Sequence record: LR535908.1
Length of the DNA: 64,000 bases
Direction: 5' to 3' (one strand)
This document shows, one piece after another, positions 1 to 10,579 of the stretch (position 1 is the stretch's first letter; each line of letters begins with the position of its first letter). A program made the position numbers and the translations under genes. Under the pieces are notes generated by a model, which was given only the letters and a program-made list of their open reading frames with translations, did no database searches and was not told where the DNA came from.

Positions 1-679
1 ATATCCGCCGATTTGTACGGCGACCAACGACGGTGTTCCATATCAGCCGTACTGGTCGAAGGATGAGTTGCCTGCATCCTCCGGCCACTACGGTAACGAC
101 CGGGCGGACGAATTGGCTAGAAAAGGTTCAGCCGTCACAATCAAACAGCAGATGAAAAAAGAAGGACGGGGTGTTAAGGTTATCAAAATCAAAGGACACT
201 GGGTTCGTGCTGACGGTACTCCGCTGGCGAACAAAGAACTTATTGTTCGTATCTGGGAAGATGCCAGTTACGTTGTAAACACTTTTAACGAGTGGATAGA
301 CGGCTGGCATAAACGTGGTGCCTTCATCACGTTGTTTGAGAACGCGCCCTTCCGCGCGAAGAACTATATCATCTACGTGTTTGTCGACGCCGTTATTCCC
401 GTTCCGAAAGAGTTCTACTCAGATGTGGGCGAGTTAATCGTTGGATACAAAAAAGTGCCGCAGGATGTGAAGTGTCCGGAGTTGCCGGACACCGTTCAAG
501 GAGATTTGGAAGACAGTCAGGCTTATAGCCATCCGGGTGTTTCAGAACGGATTACCACTAGTCATACTGAGTCCCCGAAAGGTTCGGGGGCTGGTATTCA
601 TGGTTATTTATTCAACAACACCGCAGTTGCGAGGAGAATAATGAAAGACGTCGACGTAGCGGTTATTTATACCGATGGT
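1..679 (+). CDS. rnhA: Ribonuclease HI (partial; C-terminus runs off the left edge)
   Basis: After block reordering: MKDVDVAVIYTDGSHTESPKGSGAGIHG...GELIAF...IYVDASYVVNTFNEWIDGWHKRGWVRADGTPLANKEL...KIKGHSGHYGNDRADELARKG, with all RNase HI catalytic motifs in canonical order. ATG at 641, RBS GAGGAG at 631. Confidence 0.95.
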
Positions 680-1399
680 GTACGGCTTCGAACGCATGTT
701 AGAAGCCCACCGCGAAATGTGCACAGGTGAATACATTCCTGCTGCGAAGGAAGCGTATTCTACGGCACGCATCTATCATTTGGCCCTGGTCGCGCGTACC
801 GCAGAAGCGCACCATTGGACCCGTGGCAAAGAAGCGTACGAGCATAACGCTAGCTTCGAGGACTCTGACCGGACTGCAGAACGTATTGCATATGCGTTTG
901 GCCTGGAACCGAACTGGCAGATGAACGCATTCGCGCAGTGCGATATCCCGCCGGGCAAGTACCGCAAGTTTTCTATATTTCTGGGCAACGTGAAAATGGT
1001 TATCACCATGCGCGGTCCCGATTTCGATGCTCCAATTCTGTTTTCTGGGACCACTCCACTGCCAGAAGCACTGTGGGCGGCCAAAAAATGGTTGGATGAT
1101 TATTGGGAAGGTAAAGGCGACCCCGAATACGCACCGAGCGAGAAAGCACGTATTGAAGCAATCGACCCCAATGATGCAAAAGCAAAAGAAATCTTCTACA
1201 TCGATCCACAAACGGTCGGGTTGGCAAACGTGGCATTCGATGTTCCGACAATGAAAATGATCGGTTCATGTTACCACAACGTTGTTGTTGGGACGGACTT
1301 AGAGACCCTGGCTTTACGTCCAGATGCCTACATCTTAACTATAATCTCGTGGAGAGTTGAAATGACATATCCTAAAATTCTGCCTGTTTTAACGCCCAC
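620..1399 (+). CDS. DEDDh 3'-5' exonuclease (RNase T/ExoVIII-like), 239 aa
   Basis: Reordered: MTYPK...VVVGTDLETLALRPDAYILTLANVAFD...IDPQTVGYWE...MRGPDFDAPIL...HNASF(D/E), giving ExoI/II/III motifs. ATG 1362 with RBS GGAGAG; TAA 639-641 overlaps the RNase H ATG (TAATG). Confidence 0.9.
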
Positions 1400-1400
1400 C

Positions 1401-1436
1401 CTCTTACCTTCGGGTAAGAGGGGATTTCCTTTTTTA
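1401..1436 (+). terminator. Intrinsic terminator
   Basis: CTCTTACC-TTCG-GGTAAGAG hairpin followed by a T-rich tract; follows the lipoprotein gene in native order. Confidence 0.8.
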
Positions 1437-1459
1437 CGTTAATAGTCAATAGTGTGATA

Positions 1460-1999
1460 GAGTCTTTTAATCATGCCTACGAACGGCACAAAAGTAGTTG
1501 CCTTGTGCAATGAAAACTCATTAGTCGTGATTTGTCACGACAGATTAAGTCTCTCATTCGCAGCTATCGCGAAGACAGAACTCTTCATGATATACCCTCC
1601 GGGATATATCTCGACCCTGGTTCTCGTAGCCCTCAAGACGAAGCTAAGGGGTGGCGCACCCCGATGGCCGCACCGCTTTGTGAAGAGTTTATTCGCCCCG
1701 ATGTGAACGCTTATGCTTATTACGTTTATCTGTACGCTAAGTCGTTGAACAATTACGCAGTTTATGCTGGTGGGAACAGTCCTGAGGCGAAAAAGCTGGC
1801 AGGGAAAATGTTTGTTGCGGTAGACCCAGATTACTCCTCAACCGGAGATTGGCCTTTTCGTCCTTTAGAACACCCACCATTATTTTTGGTGGCGATACTG
1901 GTGCTATTGTTGACAGGATGCCCTGGAGCCATCCGTCACAATGATTTCCGACAGGAGATTATCAGTACGCTTAATAATCCATGAGGAGCATACATGAAG
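1460..1999 (+). CDS. Lipoprotein, 159 aa (possible o-spanin-like)
   Basis: Reordered start MKLFLVAILVLLLTGC (lipobox LTGC); ATG 1994, RBS GAGGAG. The spanin role is inferred from the neighbouring single-TM gene. Confidence 0.7.
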
Positions 2000-2479
2000 T
2001 CTAGCCCACCTGCCAAGAAATACCAGGCCGCTTCTCGCCCGGTAGGGTCGCAGGAGGCAGAGGCCGCGGTTCCGCCTGTAGAACTCAAGCCGGTAACACC
2101 GCCGGCACCGTTAAATCCGACGTGCCTGGGTTCTCGACCGCCATATGATGGTACCAAATCTCCAACAGGAACAGGCACTCTAAAAGAGAAGTCCGATCAT
2201 GGCGAAGTGGAGAACAATAAGTTGTACGATCGTCTCTTCTACCACACACTGGTTAGCGTTCAATCGCGTACTCAGTATCTGGAGATATCCTATAAGGAGC
2301 TAGTGATAGTGGCACTGATCGCGTTCTCTGCATTTGTCTCATACGCCTACATTGTTCAATGGGAAGCATTTAAACCGGGCGAGGGGGAGAAAGTAACACG
2401 AGCCGGGAAAATAGTGACACTCTCCGAGGTGAGCATGATAGCATCAGTTTTCAAACTGCTTCCATTCTTACAAATGCTG
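1940..2479 (+). CDS. Single-pass membrane protein, 169 aa (possible i-spanin-like)
   Basis: Reordered MIASVFKLLPFLQMLWEAFKPG...IVTLVIVALIAFSAFVSYAYIVQ followed by a helical and Pro-rich segment; ATG 2435, stop 1982-1984. Confidence 0.6.
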
Positions 2480-3919
2480 GCCATTATCAATCAGAGCCGC
2501 TATTTGAATAAAGCCTTGTAAATCATACATAATTAAAAAGCTTTTAGCGAACGAATATGACAGCTCAGACAACTCACCTACCGGAGCGGTGTTGCCAGGA
2601 CGTTTAGAAGTAAAAGCAACCAGTTCCACCTGCAGATTTTCTTTAGTAAAATACTGCTTTTGGGAAACAGTAAGAACGTGGTCGCTAAAGACGGCCGGGG
2701 TCTTAATAGGCAACTCGTCACGCTGGAATTCAACTTCGTCGTTTCTTAAGTTGCCCAGGATAGACTGTTGGTAGATCCACTGAATCATCGCGCCAGACTG
2801 AACACCGCTGATGACACTATTAAATTGCCCCAACAGCAATTTATCTGCTGTGGTTTCAAGTTTCCAACTGACCCAACGTGGGAACCAGTTACTGTTAGTG
2901 AAATCTTCATCAGCAAACCAGAGAATAATCTGGTTATTCACATCAGATGGGTCTTCGACAGTATCAACCGGTAATATCGGCATTTGGACTTCAATTTCAA
3001 ATCCGGTATAGTCCTGATTGTGATCCGGAAGGTTGAACCCTTCCATTGCCTTTTCGACTACAGATTTCACAGCCAAGAAGATGTTAGTAATCAGGCTAGT
3101 GTACGGATAACCGTCAGCTAATTCGTTAATCTTATTATGGATAGCCGACATCGGTATCGGTAAGGTGGAATCAAAGTCTTCCTGGTCGTGCCAAGTATAA
3201 ATGTAATCACGCAACGCTTGTTTAATCCTGCTCGGGTTACGACCCGCGCGTCCGTAGATCGTAAAGATTTCTGGGAACACCTTGACACCCAACGCCACAG
3301 TAAAACTGGAGTTTGCCAAGTCTTCCTCATTTGGAATCCCACGAATTGACCAACCGGGAACAATTGTGAACTTGGTGGTTCGGGAGATTGCTTTGACCCA
3401 GAAATCATATGGGAGAATCGGCGAGTATAATGCCGCAACTGGAGTTGAGATTGCTCCACTATTTTTTTCCGTAATGGTTTGAACAGTCCACTCCCCAAAT
3501 GCGATAACTACAGCGTTTAGTGATTTATAGATGGACGGTAAATCCGTTACATCGGTAGTTAATGCGTAGTCGGGAATCGTATCGTGCAGGGTCGTTTTGC
3601 GTGAATCGTTTTCAGGGCCGTCCAGCCACTCGGTGGTTTTCTTCGACATTCTCGCAATATCTGCATTGTTAGTGCCGATATCCAGCGGGGTGGAATGTGG
3701 GTGATACTCTTCCGCTGCGATTAACGCCTGGAAGAACAAATCGAATTCGAAGACGTAGAAGTAAACGTTAGGATCGACGTCGTCTACGAGCTTCACGATT
3801 GGCTCTGCCGCAGGGACATCCCAAACAGCTTTGCGGGCCAAGACACGATACTCCACGTTTCAAGGTTAACCTGAGGCGTGTTAGGCAACAGTTGTGCCAT
3901 TTAACCCTCCTTAGGCTTC
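2480..3919 (-). CDS. Probable virion structural protein of phiKZ-like phages (~460 aa)
   Basis: Reordered start MYDLQGFIQIAALIDNGPGNTAPVGELSELSYSFAKSKQYF (ATG 2530). Resemblance to conserved phiKZ-like virion proteins is recalled, not searched. Confidence 0.55.
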
Positions 3920-4519
3920 TCAACACGGTAAATCACTTTATCTGGCAACGTATAAGGTGCCTTAACCTTGAACAACCCCTAATACTTGTTATAAACGTCA
4001 ATATTATTACGTTGGAGTTTCGGAAAGTTCTGTACCGCGATCGAGGCTTCGACATTAGCGTCGCTGATATAGTCGTCACGAGTTAGGCCGACAGGTTTAG
4101 TCTCAATGTACGTATCAGGCAACTCGTAGACTTGACCGTCCCTCGACTTTAATGTTACAAATGCCAGGTCAATAACCACCACATTGCGTCTATAATTTAA
4201 CCCGTTCAGTCCAGGATACCGTTCTAAGATGCTTTTCAGGTCGTTCGTTAGCAGTGTGACATCGACGTATTCGGGTATTGTCACCGTCCCTTCGTAATCC
4301 ATCGATGTGATGTCCACACGTGCATCGATTCCTAAACCGGGAACCTGCTCACGGATTTTGGCTTTACGCACCGCTTCCATTTGCAAGTGTTCCTCTTCCT
4401 CATTCAACGCCTGCAGTTCTTGATTCTGCTTAGTGAGTGTTGCAACTTGTTCTGTCAGAGGTAGTTCTTTTTTTCTTTAATTTGTTAACCCGTTATCTTT
4501 CAGGATTTTCAACATCGCA
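3860..4519 (-). CDS. Conserved phiKZ-like hypothetical/virion protein (~190 aa) with a C-terminal coiled coil
   Basis: RBS GGAGGG + ATG 3900; MAQLLPNTPQVNL.GLFKVKAPYTLPDKVIYRVEAVQNF...LTEQVATLTKQNQELQALNDAMLKILKDNGLTN*. Confidence 0.55.
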
Positions 4520-4579
4520 GCGATATCATCGGTAAATAATGCGATAAAAAATAAAAGCCTACCTACTCCCTTGGGAGTA
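4460..4579. terminator. Bidirectional terminator split across a block junction
   Basis: Joining 4579 to 4460 gives CTACCTACTCCC-TT-GGGAGTAGGTAG plus a T tract, with an A tract on the other side, between convergent genes. Confidence 0.8.
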
Positions 4580-5719
4580 CGGAAATCCGCAAGCTGCCGA
4601 AAAAGAAACGTACTGCTGCCACAATCAAAGCAATGGTGCAAGAGCAAATGCATATCGTTGCACAGGTACAGAAAACTCTGAACCTGGATAAACTGTACGC
4701 CAGCGTTATTCAGGAACTGGGCAAGATGCAGGAGCAGACCGTCGAAGTGAAAATCGACGAAATCTTTGTTACCCTCGGTATCGAACGTCCGAAATCAACC
4801 GCATATCCGGTATCGGTTGACCACGATGAAATCATTCTGGAAAACTTGGTTGATATCGAAAATGTGTTTATTGACGACGGTTATGACGTGTGGGATTACA
4901 CCTACAAACGTCCATACCCGAATGCGTCGGAAGATGAAGAGACTATCAACCCCGGCGAAGTAACCTGGGAAGGTTTCGTACAACTCGCAGATAAACTCGG
5001 TAACATCGCGAACATCGACTGGGTGAAAGTCTTTACGGCCAACCCCGGTTTCCGTGGTCATGTTGAAGAGACTGACAATGACGAAGTGGGAGATCGTTAC
5101 GCGCCGCTGGAAGAGTGTCCCGTTATCTTCGGTGACGGTAAACCACACTCAGTTACTTTCGAGCGTTGTGAAGCAGAGCGGCATTGTTACATTGAATTGA
5201 CTCATGTCCAGTGGACTATCGAAGACTGGCGTGCTGCCTTCTTCGAACCAGGTGAGTTGATTAAACCAGTAAGTGCCCCACAAGGTCGTGCTAAGGTTGC
5301 TATTCTCGTTGAAGGTGTTGATGGTGTCTGGTATGCCATTGCACATTCTGACGGATTCTACCGTTGGGGAAGTATGCTGGGTGTAGCTTTCCAAAATTGC
5401 CACGCGCCTTATAACTGGTGCCTTTCTTCTCAAACTCTTCAGTTTGATAACCTGCCACCACTGAAATATTCGCCAGATGCGCTGGTCGATAACAATGTGG
5501 AGGCTTATCTGCCGCTGCCGCACCTGCGTAATAAGTTGTAAGCTCTGATTGCACAACACGTCACTGGCACCGGTGTTATCAACCCGGATCTTTACAATGC
5601 TCGTGTAGTACGTGACCGTGCGTATGTGCTTAGCTACGAAGGTATTCGTGCATATTCAGCATTGACTTTTATAAGGACTATTAACATGCAATTTCCAATT
5701 TCCGTAATCGAAGATATGG
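4520..5719 (+). CDS. Hypothetical protein (~385 aa)
   Basis: RBS AAGGA + ATG 5686 (MQFPISVIEDMARVVRDRAY...), open through all blocks to the stop near 4540; the ORF-track stop at 5539-5541 is a junction chimera. Confidence 0.7.
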
Positions 5720-6019
5720 ACGTCTTTAATTCCGACCGTAACTAGTTTTTTACAGCAGTAACTAATCATCTGAAAATACTCTCAGGCTACCACATACGTG
5801 GTTTCATAACCCGATTCTTTCGCTGGCGGAGTACCTGGCCGCATCTGATGGAACTCACGTCTCCATGGGCGCAACTCTTTCTTACCATCTGGATGTTGTT
5901 TCCGATGATGTATAGTTTGTTATTCTCTACGGTAATGTTGGTGATCGGTGCGATTGTCGTGTTCGTGAAACGTTTAATAAATATTCTCTACTGGATGGAG
6001 AAACGCTATAGCCACAACA
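5720..6019 (+). CDS. Small two-TM membrane protein (~86 aa)
   Basis: Reordered MKRLINILYWMEKRYSHNIPMMYSLLFSTVMLVIGAIVAHLMELTSPWAQLFLTIWMLFSGYHIRG...*. Confidence 0.55.
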
Positions 6020-6679
6020 AAGCGTAATTAACGGTCAGACCTTCGGGTCTGACCACCTTTTATTTAATTCTTGGGTGTGCAGAACATCTTTTCGTGCTCG
6101 AATATGCAGTGGTACCGAACCAGCCGTTCTTTGAGGCCGGGTTGACCATCCTGGAAAAACTGGCAACGTGCCACAAACTGTGGCGAGCAGAAGATGCCCA
6201 TGTGTCGATTGCACTGCAGAAACTGTTCTTCGGCGATCGTGCTTTCTGCCAGCTCAGCTTGACGTGGCGACAGTCGGCGGGTTACGATAAAGAACTCGAC
6301 TTCAAACAGGCGTATATGGCGCTGATGTGGATTTGTGGTTTACGTCCAGCAATTAACGAAACCGAAGCAGGCTTCGTGCACGCGGCGTTTGGTGATGACG
6401 AAGACGAAGGTATCGAATTCGACTGGAACGTTAATCTGGCTGTCTACGTTGAGTACGGCGAATGGTTCGCAGAGAACCACGGTTTCTACGACGCGTTAAC
6501 CAATCCGAACTACGTTGAGCGTCCTATCGGTGAAGTCGATGGGGAAGCTGTCGAAGCACCACAAATCACCGCCAAAGACGTTTACGAACTGATTCGCGCG
6601 GGTGCGGAACACGTTCAAAAAAGGAGCATTGCTTTGACACTCGTAACACGCCCCTGGTATCCAGGTCTTAAAACAGCCG
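6020..6679 (+). CDS. Hypothetical protein (~200 aa)
   Basis: RBS AAGGAG + TTG 6634 (MTLVTRPWYPGLKTA...), open frame to a stop near 6027. Confidence 0.6.
6033..6065 (+). terminator. Intrinsic terminator
   Basis: GGTCAGACC-TTCG-GGTCTGACC followed by ACCTTTTATTT. Confidence 0.85.
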
Positions 6680-7399
6680 ACGCTGTACACCAAAATATCA
6701 CCTGCGGCCGGTACATTACTGGCAAATAACACTATCATGCTTGCTTTTGCGAAGGAAGACCACGACCAACGCGTCGCCGAACTTCAGAAAATCTGGGATC
6801 GAAAAGACGCAGCATTCTACGGTGCGAAAATGACACCACCGAAAGCTGAAACACGTCAGGCTGCTGTTGCGATGATTAAAAAGAAATCACCGGTCGGGAA
6901 ACGCTGGATGGCCAGCTACCAACTCAAACGCAAGCCGAGCACAGCCGAAATCGCTTTAGGCTACCGCTTCGGTGAGGGTAAGTATGCTGTACAGCTTGCT
7001 GCCGTTTACATGAAACACATCGAGGAACATCTGACAAAAATGATACGTCTGTATGGGAAACAACTTAACATCCCAAAGAATGCGGACCTTAATAAACCGA
7101 AGAATAAATCGAGCAGTGCTAGTAGTGTTGTCCAAATGACGACAGGCACTAAACGCTCCCATGCCGGGATGCTCGCGACCACCATTTATCGTGAATCCCG
7201 TTTTAATAAAAACGTGGGTCAGGACCAGTTCAATGAGATTAAACCTCTCATCGTCACCGCATCTCGAAAACAAGGCGTAAACAGCAACGCTTCTTACCAG
7301 ACCACCAGTAACAAACACCAAAAAGAATTCGTCCTTATCTTTGGAGATACATCCATGTTTCGCACCATTTTATTTCTTCTGGTAGCAATGACTACGTTC
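6620..7399 (+). CDS. Exported lytic transglycosylase (SLT/lysozyme-like fold), 240 aa
   Basis: Reordered MFRTILFLLVAMTTFNSNA (signal) ...ASRKQGVHAGMLATTIYRESRFNKNVGKNKSSSASSVVQMTTGT...LGYRFGEGAA, containing the SLT catalytic ES motif and SSA..Q motif. ATG 7355. Confidence 0.85.
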
Positions 7400-7459
7400 A
7401 AGGAGCACAATGCCGTCCGCGCCGTCTTCCCGGATTGGGAACGGAAAAGTATAAATCCG

Positions 7460-7999
7460 GAAGCAGAGAAAATCATCCCAAATAGTTTCAAATAGATATT
7501 ATCATCAGGGCACATTACAAAACGACTACAGCACACGGAGCAGACTTATCGATTCTATTTACCGGACACCCTGCTGAGGGGGATGGCTAACGGTTGGTTA
7601 CGTTACCATGAGCGATTGGAAATCTTTATACACTTACAGATTGATGCGCTGGCGCGACTAGGGGAAGACTTAGAAGGAGGGATTGCGATACCGCCCCTAC
7701 TCCTTCCTACTAAAACCCATTTTCGCTATAAATCGCAGATTTACTATGTCACGTCCGGCTGCCGTAAAGAGCAAATCGTTATCGGTGAGGTCTATTGTTA
7801 TCCTGAGGAAGGGGTAATAGGCATTGCCTTGGCGTGCCGAGAACGCTTCCCATCGCTTTATAATGACTATCGCCAGAAATTTAACGCGCCTGAGCGCTTC
7901 AAGGTCGTTACAGTTAACTGCGTTGGTGCAATGGGAAGGGGGGTATGGCAATAGATGTCACTCGAACTGATCGACGAGGCCGTTATCTCCCACGACTTG
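7460..7999 (+). CDS. Hypothetical protein (~165 aa)
   Basis: ATG 7955 (MSLELIDEAVISHDLFNAPERF...), continuous after reordering to the stop at 7493-7495. Confidence 0.55.
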
Positions 8000-8179
8000 C
8001 AAAAGCCAGAGTTCTTACTGAGCTGGAATCGTTGCTTCAGTCTCCGGTTATTTCACAATAACCCCAATATTTGGGCGCAGGCAAACCTGACCCGGAAGTC
8101 CGTAAGTTGCGCGAAGAAGAAAAAACAATCATCGGAATAACGGTTGGTTCTTTCTGTGGCTTCCCTACCCCACAAACAG

Positions 8180-8659
8180 TCGAACACGAAGGTTTCGAGT
8201 CAGCGGTACAAGCCTGGGTGAAAAGGAATAGCTAAATGCGCTACCGTGAAGAAATTACGAATAGCCTCAACACTATGTTGGCAATGAAACGGCTCGGTAA
8301 TCTACTCCAACGCTTAGGTGTTGACCCGGAGAAGTGTTGGCGTAAGATGGACGACCATCTGATTGAAATCGCGATTACCCGCCCTAAATTCTGGCGGCCT
8401 GGTATGGTGCGTGAGGCGTGTGATAAAGTTGGGGAAACGCCGGTTAGTATTCTCGCGCACACGTTGGACATGACGCCCATCTACGACCTGTTACCTGAAA
8501 CCAAAGCAAATGTTCAGTGGTGGTTACGTTTAGCGCTACCCGCTATTCGCGAAACAAAATCACTATACGATCATTTATCAGAAGAAGAAACAGCCTTATC
8601 CTGAGCCTCACCACCACGACTGGGAGGCAACTTTACCCTAAGGAGCATTAAAATGGTTA
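8180..8659 (+). CDS. Hypothetical protein (~140 aa)
   Basis: RBS AGGAG + ATG 8653; open frame after reordering. Confidence 0.55.
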
Positions 8660-8899
8660 CGTGTTGCGTTCGATGATACTCCGCTGAGTACGTGTATTAA
8701 AGCAGCGCTTGGTACGCTGGAGCGGGTGAAGGAGTTCTTACCCGTAAATCCTAAACACATCAACGTGGGTACTATCGGGTTTATGTTTCACCGTCCTGGG
8801 TTTTCAGCTTTAAACACCGATGTCTGTTGGGCTGAGTACTTAGCACTCCTTACGATTATGCCTCACTATGAGTGGGGTATTTTTACGCGAGGAGTGCTA

Positions 8900-9539
8900 A
8901 GAAGCAGGTTCCTGCGGAAGCAGATGAACCTTTAAGGACTGCGGTAGCATAGTCCTGTTTCTTTACCGCTCGCGGTTTTGACAAGACCGTCTCTACAGAC
9001 GGACAATGGCTTGAATTTAATGAACAGTTCACCAGTGCGCATGGGGGAATATACGCTTGCCAGGAAGCTGGTATTGCGTTGTCTGAAATGGCACGCCGTC
9101 GTAAAACGATGACGCAGATTTTTGATGCGCTTGATGTGACTGTTGGTTACTGTTTGTATCGCGTAATCGCTGGGGTTCTGAAGATTCGTACGATGTTCGT
9201 CACTCTGGAGAAACTGTTGGCGGGGAACCGTGCTTGTGTTGCTCTGGAAGGGGGTACCCATAAATTTCTGAACCACCAACGTACCATACTCCATATCGAA
9301 AAAGGTGAGATTCCGAACCTTCTTTCCTCATCCTCAGATTTAACGGAAGCACAAAATAAACAGCTGTTGGGGCTGCATTACTCGCTTTCATCGCAGGTGA
9401 AAGCTCACTTAGGAATTCAGCTCATGGCCGAAATTGTCACGGTATACACCGCTAAGCTTTACCGGTAAACTTAAGAAAACACAAACGCAATTCTTCGTTT
9501 TTCAACGTCGTTGCTGATTAAAGACACGGTTCCGACAGA
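8900..9539 (+). CDS. Hypothetical protein
   Basis: ORF-track 9079-9468 frame continues through blocks 9020, 8960 and 8900 to a stop at 8952; start not pinned down. Confidence 0.45.
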
Positions 9540-9799
9540 GAACTGGTCTTCACCTCTGGGGTAATCAGAAGCGCCATGAGCGAATGTGGCGACGGAAGGT
9601 TACCTCAGCATCGCGACGTGCGGAAGTCTGCGGGCCGGATGATTTTGCAGTTTCACGTACAGTCGGGGAAGACTGGCGTATCGTTCTTTCGAGCGTGGGG
9701 ATGGCTATAGGGTCTTCAAAGAACCTTCTAGCAGACATCAGTGAAACAGTCTCTGATCCCGTGGTCGTGGGTTCAGGGGCGGCCGAGCCAACCCGGCGT

Positions 9800-10579
9800 T
9801 TGACGCAAGGTTGGTTTTAACAGGAGGGTAATTACGAAGTGGGAGAAGTATCATGTAACTGTATCGTCTGTAGCCTGATACTAGGAGCGGGCGCATACGC
9901 CCTAGGCGCAATCCTTGCATATCATTTGCGCAATCGGAGCGTTTGTAGCAACATGGTTATTTTAGTGAAATGGGTTGGGGGCGATGATTGCAACGGGTGC
10001 GTATGGTGGTGCCACATGGACAGATGTTGGTATCACGCTTGGAGCAAGCCCCCGCGTTTAAGGGACCCGGCTTATGACAGTCGTGAATAGTGTCAACGCC
10101 CTGCCTTTTGGGGCTTAGTTGTTTTGGTGTTCTTAGAAGGGGTTTACTTCGGTAATCTGTGGGCAGTTGTGGTAATGCACACTGTGGTGCTGATGGGTAT
10201 TTTCATGTCTCGCGCCACGTTATCCGCACGAAAGGATGGGCGTTCCATGGCAAGACGTAAACCTGGTCGTTTAAAGTTTTTGAAGGTATCGTATTAACCG
10301 GTATTGCACTGTGGTTGATTCGTGGTGCCTGGGGTTGGACTTAAAGAACGTCTGTTCGACACGCGTTGTGAGTGGCGAGATATAGGAGAACGGACATGAT
10401 ACCTCTCCTTTTGTGCAACCGTAGTGGTTATCGCTGCGGTCGTTTATTTAGCTGCTGCTGGTTGGCGCTTATGGGCTTGGTGGGGTTTTCAGTTCCTTCA
10501 GTTTGTTGTGATGGTACTGAAGGTGTAACGCTTCCACCGGTTTATAACGAAGGGGTAATAATCAAATATGCATCATAAA
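9800..10579 (+). CDS. Cluster of five tiny hydrophobic ORFs (35-68 aa)
   Basis: Reordered: MHHKGWRLWAWWGFQFLQFVVMVLYLSFCATVVVIAAVVYLAAA...; MIEGIVLTGIALWLIRGAWGWII...; MARRKPGRLKFWAVVVMHTVVLMGIF...; MTVVNSVNAAMIATGAYGGATWTDVGITLIICAIGAFVATWLF; MVILVKWVGCIVCSLILGAGAYALGAILALTQGWF. Starts overlap the preceding gene ends. Confidence 0.55.

Noticed and set aside
68-1442. Circularly permuted or naturally scrambled RNase H and exonuclease
   Set aside because: The reversal has an exact 60-nt period and one phase across all genes, both strands and intergenic hairpins. That fits a file-handling artefact, not biology.
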